A stretch of 64,000 nt of DNA, taken from assembly GCF_001194135.2 (NCBI RefSeq), contig NC_068985.1, positions 115,310,408-115,374,407 on the forward strand, written 5' to 3'. This stretch comes from Octopus bimaculoides (taxonomy: Eukaryota). Within the stretch, counting starts at the first letter, position 1. Every line of letters begins with the position of its first letter. Shown here in pieces: positions 26,159-38,850 of this stretch. A model generated the notes under the pieces. The model searched no databases. It saw only the letters and a list, made by a program, of their open reading frames with translations, and had not been told where the DNA came from. A program made the translations under genes and the position numbers.

Positions 26159-26567
26159 TACTCTTTACTCTTTTACTTGTTTCAGTCATTTGGCTATGGC
26201 CATGCTGCAGCACCGCCTTCAGTCGAGCAAATCGACCCCAGGACTTATTCTTTGTAAGCCTAGAACTTATTCTATCGGTTTCTTTTGCCGACGTAAACAC
26301 ACCAGCATCGGTTGTCAAGCGATGTTGGTGGGGTGGGGGGGGGGCAAACACAGACACACACATATCCACACACATACATATCCATATATGTATATACATA
26401 TATACGACGGGTTTCTTTCAGTTTCCGTCTACCAAATCCACTCACAAGGCTTTGGTCGGCCCGAGGCGATAGTAGAATACATTTGGCCAAGGTGCCACGC
26501 AGTGGGACTGAACCCAGAACCATGTGGTTCACAAGCAAGCTACTTATCACAGAGCCACTCCTGCGCC
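26159..26567 (-). mobile_element. SINE family B, full length
   Basis: Complete from ggcgcaggagtggctc.. through the internal (TA)/(TG) to the aaagagt tail repeats. Confidence 0.95.
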
Positions 26568-27759
26568 TATATATNNNNNNNNNNNNNNNNNNNNNNNNNN
26601 NNNNNNNNNNNNNNNNNNNNNNNNNNNNNNNNNNNNNNNNNNNNNNNNNNNNNNNNNNNNNNNNNNNNNNNNNNNNNNNNNNNNNNNNNNNNNNNNNNNN
26701 NNNNNNNNNNNNNNNNNNNNNNNNNNNNNNNNNNNNNNNNNNNNNNNNNNNNNNNNNNNNNNNNNNNNNNNNNNNNNNNNNNNNNNNNNNNNNNNNNNNN
26801 NNNNNNNNNNNNNNNNNNNNNNNNNNNNNNNNNNNNNNNNNNNNNNNNNNNNNNNNNCTTCCGATCTTTGTTGCGCATGTTTTTTAAGGATTGCGTGTAG
26901 AATGCTTTTAAATGACTTTACCACTACCTGTGTACCAACTAAACTGTCTATGCTAATTACTGAATTTAGATGTTTTCCTTTCAGTACCTTGTACAGGATT
27001 TGCTTTTGAGTCTAGCAGGGCTATTATTTGAATTTTCATTGTGACCCCTTTTGACTCCATTGATATCGACACCGATGACCTTGAAGTTGACCTTTGAATT
27101 TCTTCCTTCAAATAATGCGGGGGCAGCTTATGGCCGGGTGTGTCACATACAATCCAGGCGTGTGCCTTACTCTGTACACTGTTTTACGATGCCACATACG
27201 TTGATATATGTTCTCCCTCTCCCTAGAAATGTCATTTCAAATATCTATCATAGATATCTGCAAACATTTATTAGCTGGAAGGAGGTAAAGTACAAGAAAC
27301 TTATTTTCTTTCACACGGTGGTAAGCTTGCGCCTGTCCAGTGGGAAAATCGTCGTTACTTTTGTTCTTTCGGCAAAATGATCTATATCGAGAACTTTCGA
27401 TTGTGAAAGCAGGTTATCTCTTTACTAATCCTATATACTCTTAATATTATTGTTCACAAACGTATTTATCATGCTACATTTTCCTTTTCAAATGTTATTT
27501 CTTTTATTTTTCTGACATTTCTTTCTTTAACTGTGCGCTTAGTATTTTTCTTTTTAAGTATTGTCTCCACTTCGCACAGTATAAATAAAAGTAGTTGCAA
27601 AAATACCATCTTGTTTTTCTATCCCCGGTAAAGCGAAGACCGTCCAAAATGTTCAATAAAACTGTGTGTAAAATAAAATCCAAAATGAAACTTACTTCAT
27701 TAACTAATCTTGAAAAGCATTGAGAAATGTCGCAGCAGAATTTTAGCTAGTTAGTAGTA

Positions 27760-27784
27760 GTGGCAGCAGCAGCAACAGCGGTAT

Positions 27785-27840
<56 letters not shown>

Positions 27841-28215
27841 ATGAGAAAAAGAGGATGTGAAAAGAGAGAGGAAATAGATGATAATGACGACAAAGACGAC
27901 GATGACAGTGAAGATGATGATGATGGTGATGATGATGATGATGAAAACGACGATGGTTATAATAATGATGACGATTATAAAGATGATGATTATGATAAAA
28001 CTGACAATAATATAAATAATGATAATAATAATGATAATGATAATAATAAAAACTGATAAAATTGATAATGATGACAATATTGATGATGATTTATTTTATT
28101 AATATAAAAAATGAAAATATTTTAACTCTTCTTCTTCTTCTTCTTCTTCTTCTTCTTCTTCTTCTTCTTCTTCTTCTTCTTCTTCTTCTTCTTCTTCTTC
28201 TTCTTCTTCTCGTGT
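27760..28215. repeat. Compound microsatellites (TAG)n, (GAT/AAT)n and (TTC)n
   Basis: Seen directly. Confidence 0.95.
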
Positions 28216-29254
28216 TCTAGTAGATTTTTGTTCTTGATAATAATAATTACCTACATCACCACCGGCATTATCTTCATCGAAGCAATATTGGCCAATATTG
28301 AATGTTGAAAAGCGTTGTCTGCCTCTCAAATATAGCAATAATACTGACAAAAAGTACCAAGGACAAATCGATGACAAGAAATAACAACAACAACAACAAA
28401 GACGGCAACAGCAGCAGCAGCAGAAAACTAAAATAAACTGAAAAGAAAAGTAGTAACTCAAAGAATGTAAAAAAAAAACAAAACATAAAACAAAGAAAAG
28501 ATCCAAACAAAACACCAATATTGAAAACAGCAAGAGCTGGAACAATAAATATAAGAAAATTCATTATAACAACAATAACAACAACAAAAAAATCGTAGCT
28601 TCGAGCAAATCCACAACAATTAAAACAAGATCTAGAAATATAACATTGACAAGAGTTATAGAAACTGCAACAAAAACTACATCATCTGTCACAGCTACAA
28701 AAATAAAAACAGCTCCCATATCTACGACGAAACAAAAGCGCGTCTGTTTGGTTGTCTGAATTTTCAGAGATAGCAGCCAAATCTTTCTCCAGTCACACCT
28801 TAGCATCTGCTAAANNNNNNNNNNNNNNNNNNNNNNNNNNNNNNNNNNNNNNNNNNNNNNNNNNNNNNNNNNNNNNNNNNNNNNNNNNNNNNNNNNNNNN
28901 NNNNNNNNNNNNNNNNNNNNNNNNNNNNNNNNNNNNNNNNNNNNNNNNNNNNNNNNNNNNNNNNNNNNNNNNNNNNNNNNNNNNNNNNNNNNNNNNNNNN
29001 NNNNNNNNNNNNNNNNNNNNNNNNNNNNNNNNNNNNNNNNNNNNNNNNNNNNNNNNNNNNNNNNNNNNNNNNNNNNNNNNNNNNNNNNNNNNNNNNNNNN
29101 NNNNNNNNNNNNNNNNNNNNNNNNNNNNNNNNNNNNNNNNNNNNNNNNNNNNNNNNNNNNNNNNNNNNNNNNNNNNNNNNNNNNNNNNNNNNNNNNNNNN
29201 NNNNNNNNNNNNNNNNNNNNNNNNNNNNNNNNNNNNNNNNNNNNNNNNNNNNNN

Positions 29255-29299
<45 letters not shown>

Positions 29300-29309
<10 letters not shown>

Positions 29310-29526
29310 TTGTGTGTCTGTGTTTGTCCTCCCGGCATCGCTTGACAACCGATGTTGGCGTGTTTACGTCTCCGTAACCTTAGCGGTTCGGCAAAATAGA
29401 CTGATAGAATAAGTACTAGGCTTACAAAGAATAAGCTCTGGGGTCGATTTGCTCGTCTTTAAAGGCAGTGCTCCAGCATGGCCGCAGTCAAATGACTGAA
29501 ACAAGTAAAAGTGTAAAGAGTAAGAG
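29300..29526 (+). mobile_element. SINE family B, 3' half
   Basis: ggcatcgcttgacaaccgatg..tgactgaaacaagtaaaagtgtaaagagtaagagta. Confidence 0.92.
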
Positions 29527-29871
29527 TATTGGATAACAGAGCTTGGATTCTATGCTTACAGAAAAATGTCCTGAAGGCCAGAGCTGGAATGACTTGGATC
29601 GCGGAGGAGGTCAGTAAAGGATACATGGGTTTAAACAAGAGCAGCAACAAGAACAACAATGAGAACGACCTCAACAACGTGTCGTAAAGGGTGCCTCTAC
29701 GTGGTAGTTCGAATTGCTAAATATAACATCCCAAATCCCTTAAATCACGCGTTAGTATGTTTGAAACGAAAGAAAATTGTGTAATGTAGTTTGTAGTTTT
29801 AAAGAGGCAGAATGAAGGGATAGGCGTGGAGAGTACACCGTTCGTTGTAGGTCTATTCAGTTAATGTTGAC

Positions 29872-30028
29872 CTATGTGGTAAGTAGCTTGCTTCCCAACC
29901 ACATGGTACCGGGTTCAGTCCCACTGCGTGACACCTTGGGCAAGTGTCTTCTACTATAGCCTCGGGCCGACCAAAGCCCTGTGAGTGGATATGGTAGACG
30001 GAAACTGAAAGAAGCCTGTCGTATAAAT
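29872..30028 (+). mobile_element. SINE family B, 5' half
   Basis: tgtggtaagtagcttgcttcccaaccacatgg..accttgggcaagtgtcttctactatagcc..gaagcctgtcgtata. Confidence 0.92.
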
Positions 30029-30404
30029 ATATATATAATACATTAAAAGTCAGTTTCAGTCTTGCTTGCTTGCTTGTAATGTTACTCCGCGAAACTAGCG
30101 CATAAGGGGACAATACCATAAATTATGTTTACTCTGAAATGTTAATAGGAATCGAATGATACGAGTTTCACTTAGATCGGTAAAGTAGTTTTCACGATAT
30201 TAGAGATGTTCAGGCTATGAATACCCAAAATGGTGCATAATGGGAAAATGTTCCGAAAATAATCTTCATCTTGAAAGGAAAGAAATTCTAACCTTTCGAT
30301 TAGACGGTGAGTTGATAACGAAAAGAAAAAAATCGATTTTTTTTTTACAATTTCTAATTTCACTTTTGTTAAACACAATATTTTAATCATTTACTGTTTT
30401 GCAC

Positions 30405-30498
30405 TTTTACTCTTTTACTTGTTTCAGTCATTTGACTGTGGCCATGCTGGAGCACCGCCTTTAGTCGAGCAAATCGACCCCAGGACTTATTCTTTGTA
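30405..30498 (-). mobile_element. SINE family B, 3' terminal fragment
   Basis: ttttactcttttacttgtttcagtcatttgactgtggccatgc..ttctttgtaa. Confidence 0.9.
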
Positions 30499-31055
30499 AA
30501 CATTTAGAAATGTTTTCAAGTGCGTATTTCGGGAACTCGTGATCCGATTCACACAAATCTCATTTTATTCCGTTTGTATTCACATTTCACTGGTACCTTA
30601 CTTTCAAAGTATTTTCCCATTATGTGCTGGCTTCACTACTTATAAAGGTGTCCACAGTAAAAGGCAATAACTCCAAGTGTCACTGGTTAAAGTTGTGAAA
30701 GCCCCCCCCCCCAAAAAAAAGTCGCGTATCTCGGGAATCTGTGGTCTGATTTGCACGAAACTTGTTTTTATACAGTTTGTATCCACATTTCAGGAGAATC
30801 TTACTTTCAGAGTATTTTCCCATTATGTGCCGGTATGGCTGCATTGAATTACAGACAAGCACACCCGAAAGCAAGAACACAAGCAAGCAAACAATCCGAG
30901 AGTTTTAGTAATATATAGATAACTTACCATATAACATCGCTGTAAAAAAGAGGGCGACAGAAGATATTTTGCTTATAATGGGAAATTATTTGAACAAACT
31001 TTTCACAAGCTGTTCAACAAAAATCAGCATTAAGTTGAGCTGTAGCTGCACAAAA

Positions 31056-31443
31056 TGGAGGCGCAATGGCCCAGTGGTTAGCGCAGCGGACTCGCGGTCA
31101 TAAGATCACAGTTTCGATTCCCAGGCCGGGCGTTGTGAATGTTTATTGAGCAAAAACACCTAAAAGCTCCACGAGGCTCCGGCAGGGGATGGTGGCGAAA
31201 CCTGCTGTACTCTTTCCCCACAAATTTGTCTCACACTTACTTCCTGTTTCTGTTGTGCCTGTAATTCAAAGGGTCGGCCTTGTCACACTGTGTCACGCTG
31301 AATATCCCCGTGAACTACGTTAAGGGTACACGTGTCTGTGGAGTGCTCAGCCACTTGCACGTTAATTTCATGAGCAGACTGTTCCATTGATCGGATCAAC
31401 TGGAAGCCTCGACGTCGTAAGCGACGGAGTGCCAACAACAACA
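31056..31443 (+). mobile_element. tRNA(Arg)-like SINE (OR1/OR2-type), full length with a 12-bp TSD
   Basis: A box TGGCCCAGTGG, B box GTTTCGATTCC, tail ..gacggagtgccaacaacaaca. TSD AGCTGCACAAAA at 31044-31055 and 31444-31455. The OR name is from memory of published octopus SINEs. Confidence 0.93.
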
Positions 31444-31890
31444 AGCTGCACAAAAAGGCATGTTGAATGCCGCTGAGAGCGATGCTGAAATCGAATTCTG
31501 AGTCACGAGGATGGAAGTGCAATTACGAAAACATAAATGATATCCTGGTACAGACGGCTGATATTCTCACATACTACACACGGATGCACGATATAGGACT
31601 TACAGTCTACTCATGTAAGAATTATGAGCACATATACATATCGTTCTGTTGTCTACACTAAAACACCATAAATTTCAGTTGATGATGAGAGGGAAAAAAT
31701 TCCAACAAATATCTCATGTGTGGTACAGTCATTTAAGAAGAGATAAAATAGTGTCTCCTATGCCTTACATACAGATGCTACATTCTTCATTATCCTACTC
31801 TATTCTTAAATTTTCATTTGTTGTCATAGTTACTGTGGTTCTTATTGACGACAATGCTGATAATGGAGGAATAATATTCGCATTTAGTCT

Positions 31891-32244
31891 AAGGCGGCGA
31901 GCTGGCAGAAACGTTAGCACACCAGGCGAAATGCTTAGCGGTATTTCGTCTACTTTTACGTTCTGTGTTCAAATTCCGCCGAGGTCGACTTTGCCTTTCA
32001 TCCTTTCGGGGTCGATAAATTAAGTACCAGTTACGCACTGGGGTCGATGTAATCGACTTAATCGCCTTGTCTGTCCTTGTTTGTCCCCTCTATGTTTACG
32101 TTCTGAGTTCAAATTTCATATAGGTCGACTTTGCCATTCATCCTTTCGGGGTCGACAAATTAAGTACTAGTTGTGTACTGAGGTCTATCTAATCGACTGG
32201 CCCCCTCCCCCAAAATTTCGGGCCTTGAGCCTAGAGTAGAAATG
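31891..32244 (+). mobile_element. SINE family C dimer (Deu/Nin-like core) within one imperfect TSD
   Basis: Two consecutive ctttgcc(t/a)ttcatcctttcggggtcga(t/c)aaattaagtac cores with different tails; flanks AATATTcgcATTTAGTCT (31873) and AATATTtatATTTAGTCT (32245). Confidence 0.9.
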
Positions 32245-33685
32245 AATATTTATATTTAGTCTTTTTTACTAACGTAGTCTCTTTCATCTTTTCATCCAAT
32301 CAGTCTACAAGCAAAATGAAATATTAGCCTGCAGGATGTTTGCCGTGTCAAAATTTCTATAATATTTAAATATAGAAACATCGAAACATATATATAAATG
32401 CGTATATATATATATATACACATGAGTAGTCCTTGCGTTTCGTTTTTTTTTTTTNNNNNNNNNNNNNNNNNNNNNNNNNNNNNNNNNNNNNNNNNNNNNN
32501 NNNNNNNNNNNNNNNNNNNNNNNNNNNNNNNNNNNNNNNNNNNNNNNNNNNNNNNNNNNNNNNNNNNNNNNNNNNNNNNNNNNNNNNNNNNNNNNNNNNN
32601 NNNNNNNNNNNNNNNNNNNNNNNNNNNNNNNNNNNNNNNNNNNNNNNNNNNNNNNNNNNNNNNNNNNNNNNNNNNNNNNNNNNNNNNNNNNNNNNNNNNN
32701 NNNNNNNNNNNNNNNNNNNNNNNNNNNNNNNNNNNNNNNNNNNNNNNNNNNNNNNNNNNNNNNNNNNNNNNNNNNNNNNNNNNNNNNNNNNNNNNNNNNN
32801 NNNNNNNNNNNNNNNNNNNNNNNNNNNNNNNNNNNNNNNNNNNNNNNNNNNNNNNNNNNNNNNNNNNNNNNNNNNNNNNNNNNNNNNNNNNNNNNNNNNN
32901 NNNNNNNNNNNNNNNNNNNNNNNNNNNNNNNNNNNNNNNNNNNNNNNNNNNNNNNNNNNNNNNNNNNNNNNNNNNNNNNNNNNNTATATATATATATATA
33001 TATATTTATATACATATATATGTATGTATGTTTATATGTATGAGCACACATATTGTAGGATAGATATACATACATATTGTGTTATTTATTTTTCTTATAT
33101 GAATAGGCACAATATTTTTAAATTGTGATTTAAAATTCGGTGTGTGTATGTGTATATATATACATACAATCTAAACAGTGGAAAAAATCATATATATGTA
33201 GCTTAGAAAAAAATAACAAGTCGTAAAAATATGAGACAAGAAAATCAAATGATTAACTTTGGATAGGAAAAGAAGAGAAAAAAAGATCAAAATGGCGAAG
33301 TCAGTTTTGAAAAAAAAAATGATCGCACAGACAAAAATATAAAATCAAAGATGGAGACAATGGATTTATAAGTCTCTAGAACAAACAAACAGAAAATATA
33401 AAATTACAATGGAAGATTATTGGGCTAAATGAAGCATTTAAATCTACTAATGACTAAATATTGAGTCAATTTCTATGAGATGTTTTGAACTATGTTAACA
33501 AGGAACAAGAGAGAGAATTTCAGGTCATTAGAGCAACTTAGCTTGGAGGTGAATATATATGGAGGCGCGCGGGCGTCTTTGTCTGTGTGAATGTATGTGG
33601 ATGATTGTGTATGTAAGTAGCTATGAGTATATATTAGGATGTATGTATGTACGTATGCATGTATGTATTATGTATGTATGCATGC

Positions 33686-33805
<120 letters not shown>

Positions 33806-34352
33806 GCATATATCATATAAAAATATGTTTGTGCGTGTTTACCTCTAACTTTATATGTGTATATAAATATGTATATATGTCTGTGTGTGTATGTCTGTAT
33901 ACATGTATGTATGTATATGTATATATATATATATATATATNNNNNNNNNNNNNNNNNNNNNNNNNNNNNNNNNNNNNNNNNNNNNNNNNNNNNNNNNNNN
34001 NNNNNNNNNNNNNNNNNNNNNNNNNNNNNNNNNNNNNNNNNNNNNNNNNNNNNNNNNNNNNNNNNNNNNNNNNNNNNNNNNNNNNNNNNNNNNNNNNNNN
34101 NNNNNNNNNNNNNNNNNNNNNNNNNNNNNNNNNNNNNNNNNNNNNNNNNNNNNNNNNNNNNNNNNNNNNNNNNNNNNNNNNNNNNNNNNNNNNNNNNNNN
34201 NNNNNNNNNNNNNNNNNNNNNNNNNNNNNNNNNNNNNNNNNNNNNNNNNNNNNNNNNNNNNNNNNNNNNNNNNNNNNNNNNNNNNNNNNNNNNNNNNNNN
34301 NNNNNNNNNNNNNNNNNNNNNNNNNNNNNNNNNNNNNNNNNNNNNNNNNNNN

Positions 34353-34393
<41 letters not shown>

Positions 34394-34796
34394 GTATATA
34401 TATATTACACACACGCGCACACACATATTGTAATGCATATACATGTCTGTAGGAGCATGCGTGTATCTTTAAACGCGTGCGTTCCTGTCTGTATGATTTT
34501 TACTGAACTAGAGTATGTTTCCATTTCTTGATGTTTCTTAGGGCATGTAATGCCAACGATAATTCCGTTAACATTTTCAAAATTTCCTCCTTCTATATGA
34601 TGAACGGATTTCCGGCGCGAAAAATCAAATGTTGGAAAAGTAGTGAACTTTAATATTATTGAAGAAATTTACTCTACTGCATGAATTTAATGCTCTTTTC
34701 AGTACACCTATTTACAAACAAAACCCACACTGAGGCAGGTACGCACGTATATACACACAGAAATACACAAACTCATTCACACATATACGCACGTAG

Positions 34797-34842
<46 letters not shown>

Positions 34843-34979
34843 ACACACTGTCACAGACACACACGTATATATATATATANNNNNNNNNNNNNNNNNNNNN
34901 NNNNNNNNNNNNNNNNNNNNNNNNNNNNNNNNNNNNNNNNNNNNNNNNNNNNNNNNNNNNNNNNATATATATACTTATA

Positions 34980-35018
<39 letters not shown>

Positions 35019-35802
35019 TTATATATTTGTATATATATATATATATATATATGTACACGCACTGACACAGACACAGACACACTCACACGTATATAGATAT
35101 ATATATATATATATATAAATATACGTATATGAATACATATATGCAAATATCAAAGTTTTTATTCATACCCACGCGTAAGCATCTTTATGAATATATGTCT
35201 GTCGTATGTCCTCGGTGACATCTTTGCCTCTGGTTAAGCGAAAGGTTTCTGCGGGGCATATGTTCTGAGGAAGGTCATGTCCTCTGTAATTGGACCTTTT
35301 AACTCGAATAAACAAACTTAACTTGTTAATAACGAATATTGTATACTTACTATAGAAGAAAATTGTTCACGTACTAACGAAAAAAATGGAGAGAGACAGA
35401 GACACGGAGTGAGAGTGTGAGTGAGAGAGCATGTTTCTTTTGAAAAGGTAGTGGGATATAAAACAGTACTGCCACTTTTATACTTTCTAAATATTCGCTG
35501 CTCGTTTATGTATGTGATTAAATATATAATACTCGAAAATTGCTTTTATAATTGCGAATGTATATATTTTAAGGAAGAACATTTATATTTTAAATTAGAA
35601 ATCTTAAATGCTGAAAGTGCGAATATTATACATTAAAACGCAACAAATACAAAAATAACTAAGATTAAACCTGATTTTAATTTTTAACTTCTAACATAAT
35701 TCATTTGCAGTTCTTTTCATAGAATTTGATCAGGTTTCCTTGCTGTAGTCCAAGAAATTTTATAAATATTCATAAAATCGGTATCAATATTCTTCTGCTT
35801 CT

Positions 35803-36003
35803 AAGGCAGCGAACTGGCAGAAACGTCAGCACGCAAGGCGAAAAGCTTCGCGGTATTTCGTCTGTCTTTACGTTCCACAGGGTTCGACTTTGCCTTTCAT
35901 CCTTTCGGGGTCGATAAATTAAGTATCAGTTGCGCACTTGAGTCGAACTAATCGACTAGCTCTCTCCCACAAAATTCCAGGCCTTGTGCCTAGACTAGAA
36001 AAG
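35803..36003 (+). mobile_element. SINE family C with a 17-bp TSD
   Basis: TSD AATATTCT(T/C)CTGCTTCT at 35786-35802 and 36004-36020. Confidence 0.93.
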
Positions 36004-36998
36004 AATATTCTCCTGCTTCTGTAATTCCATATATTCTTTGTTACATGTTTAAATTATATGAAGTTTTATATTTTTTCTCGGTATTTATGTACCTATGAAT
36101 TTACGGTTTCTGTCACTCTTATAGGTGTAATAAATGAAAAATGACCTCATAGGTTGGAATATAGCAATAAAAAGGTTATTACTATTGATTTCTTCGGAAA
36201 TGAAAAGTATTTAACGTTTTGGACTTAAGTCCTTCATCGGCCAGGAAGATGGAACAAATTTGCACAAGATAACAGAATGGGAAAATGAGGGGGAAAAAAA
36301 GATAAAATGAAAGAGAGACGAGCATATAATCGTCACACATCTACACGATCGTGAAAAATGACACGAAATTTGAAAAAATGACATAAAAATTATGAAAAAG
36401 AATTGGGTATAAACACACAGAAACACAAACATAAATACACACGCGCCACAGAAACACAGCAACACACGAACACATAATTCAACGGTCTTGTGAATACTTT
36501 CTGTCAGCTATATTCCAAGCATAAGTCTATTTAGTATTGTAGAAGACACTTGGCGAAAGTGCATCCTTCGTATCGTATTCCCGTTTCTGGAGATCGTGTT
36601 AGTCGGCCACATGCCATGTGGTTATGGCAGATGAAAAAAGTATTTCACGGTGGTGGGAACTGACGGGGAAACTGCTCGGGTGATTTCCCGGGGCGACCCG
36701 TGCAAATACCGTCAAATGGTTGGTGCAAAGGCGCGCTGCAATGGGGCATGTCCCCATACAAGCGGAAACTGTATAAAAATGGTATTAGTGTCACTGAAAT
36801 ATTGATGTTTATAGAGTGCAATGTGGGTATGATTCTATAGCAGACTGTCGCTGGTTGTTTGTTTTCTGGGTTAATCTCTCAGGCATGGGAGCATTGGACG
36901 CTTACAAGGGTTAATGATGATGACTTTTGTAGTCAAACGTATTGATGGCTGTTATGTTGAATGAATTGGTGTGTTTGTTGATGTTGATTGTTTTTGTA

Positions 36999-37048
<50 letters not shown>

Positions 37049-37377
37049 TGCGCTACATATATCTACTACACTCCAGCTCTATTAATAATACATTGATTGA
37101 CATCATGCTGGTAATGGTTGAATATTTACAGTCATAGTACATAATTTTTCTACGCAATCGAGGGTGACGGCAGGTTGTCCTATGTAAACAAATGTTACAG
37201 CAACAAGTAGGAACACAATGAGCGGTATAAATCGGATCAAAATATGTTCTTGTTTCGCTTCGTGTAAAACCTATAATCAGAGTAATTCCAGTTGTGAACA
37301 TTCCTCCCCCTTGTGACTACCTTGTACAATATCATCCAAAATGTAAAGCAACAATTTGCAATACAGAACCAGCAGTG

Positions 37378-37775
37378 TTGTTGTTGTTGTTGTTGTTGGC
37401 ACTCAGTCGCTTACGACGTCGAGGGTTCCAGTTGATACGATTAACGGAACAGCTTGCTCGTGAAATTAACGTGAAAGTGGCTGAGCACTCCACAGACACG
37501 TGTACCCTTAACGTAGTTCTCGGGGAGATTCAGCGTGACACAGTGTGACAAGGCAGACCCTTTGAATTGCAGGCACAACAGAAACAGGAAGTAAGAGTGA
37601 GAGAAAGTTGTGGGGAAAGAGTACAGCAGGATTCACCACCATCCCCTGCCGGAGCCTCGTGGAGCTTTAGGTGTTTTCGCTCAATAAACACTCACAACGC
37701 CCGGTCTGGGAATCGAAGCCGCGATCCTATGACAGCGAGTCCGCTACCCTAACCACTGGGCCATTGCGCCTCCAC
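37378..37775 (-). mobile_element. tRNA(Arg)-like SINE (same family as 31056), full length with a 10-bp TSD
   Basis: Reverse complement of the 31056 element. TSD ACCAGCAGTG at 37368-37377 and 37776-37785. Confidence 0.94.
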
Positions 37776-38514
37776 ACCAGCAGTGTACACCGGATTAAAA
37801 TATGGCCTTGTTCACCTTCATGTTAAACTTATGATCTGATGAATTCCTGCTGCGATAATTTCTCCTTCTTGTGTCTACCATGTGCAATATCATCCAAAAT
37901 GTACAGCAGCAAGTTGAAAAACACATGTATGTGCATAAAGAGGATCAAGACATGTCTTATTTAGCTTCATGCCAAACTTATGATCAAATGTATTCCAGCC
38001 ATGACCATTCCTACTTCTTGCCACCGCCTTGTACTTCAACTTTTTAAGTAGGTTTACAATTTCAGGAGATTTGCCTATTCATTGAAGCAAAGTAAGTAAC
38101 CATGAAGCGATTCTTTCATTGGCACGACTGACGTGACAATTCGATACTTTGAAACAGTAAAATCAATACTTTGCAAGGGTAAAACAAATATCTCTGCTAG
38201 ATTTTAGTCTTTCAGGGAATATTCGCTTCTCAAACATTCAATACAACCTCGAAGAATTTATGGTAACTACCATTTTTCCATAATATTCTACAATATTACT
38301 TCTTCCGACATCGTTATCACATTCCATGTTTTCTTCAACTGCTATTATTGAGGAATTTAATAATTCAGAGTTCTCTTCGATTCGAACCGTTTCTTTGTTA
38401 ATTCTTCAACTCGACCATTGTAACGACTTCCTCATAAATTATCCACTTCCGCTAAACGCCTCCGCCTAGTCACTCATTTAAATGATTAGTCCTTTGGTTC
38501 TTCGGATCGTCCAC

Positions 38515-38850
38515 GCGTTCATCATCATGATCACGATCATCACCATCATCATCATCATCGTCGTCGTCGTCGTCGTCATCCTCATCATCATCTTCATCAT
38601 CATCCTCATCATCATTATCATCATCATCGTCATCATCATCATCATCGTCATCATCATCATCGTCATCATCATCATCGTCATCATCATCATCATCATCATC
38701 ATCGTCGTCGTCGTCATCATCGTCATCATCATCATCATCATCATCATCATCGTCGTCGTCATCATCATCATCATCGTCATCATCATCATCATCATCATCA
38801 TCGTCGTCATCGTCATCGTCATCACCATCATCATAATCATCATCATCATC
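38515..38850. repeat. (CAT/CGT)n microsatellite running into a gap
   Basis: Seen directly; it gives the poly-Asp, poly-Ile and poly-Met ORFs. Confidence 0.95.

Noticed and set aside
26950-27400. Coding exon in the unique island (plus ORF 27051-27380 or minus frame ..RSTSRSSVSISMESKG..)
   Set aside because: Splice-like signals occur on both strands with no consistent frame or recognisable protein.
31056-31135. tRNA gene
   Set aside because: A and B boxes are present, but the sequence is the head of a TSD-flanked SINE and lacks a proper acceptor stem.
36620-36870. GC-richer patch possibly from a Tx1/L1 C-terminus (..KWLVQRRAA..KLYKNGI..)
   Set aside because: Too degenerate to align by eye; no intact CCHC motif.
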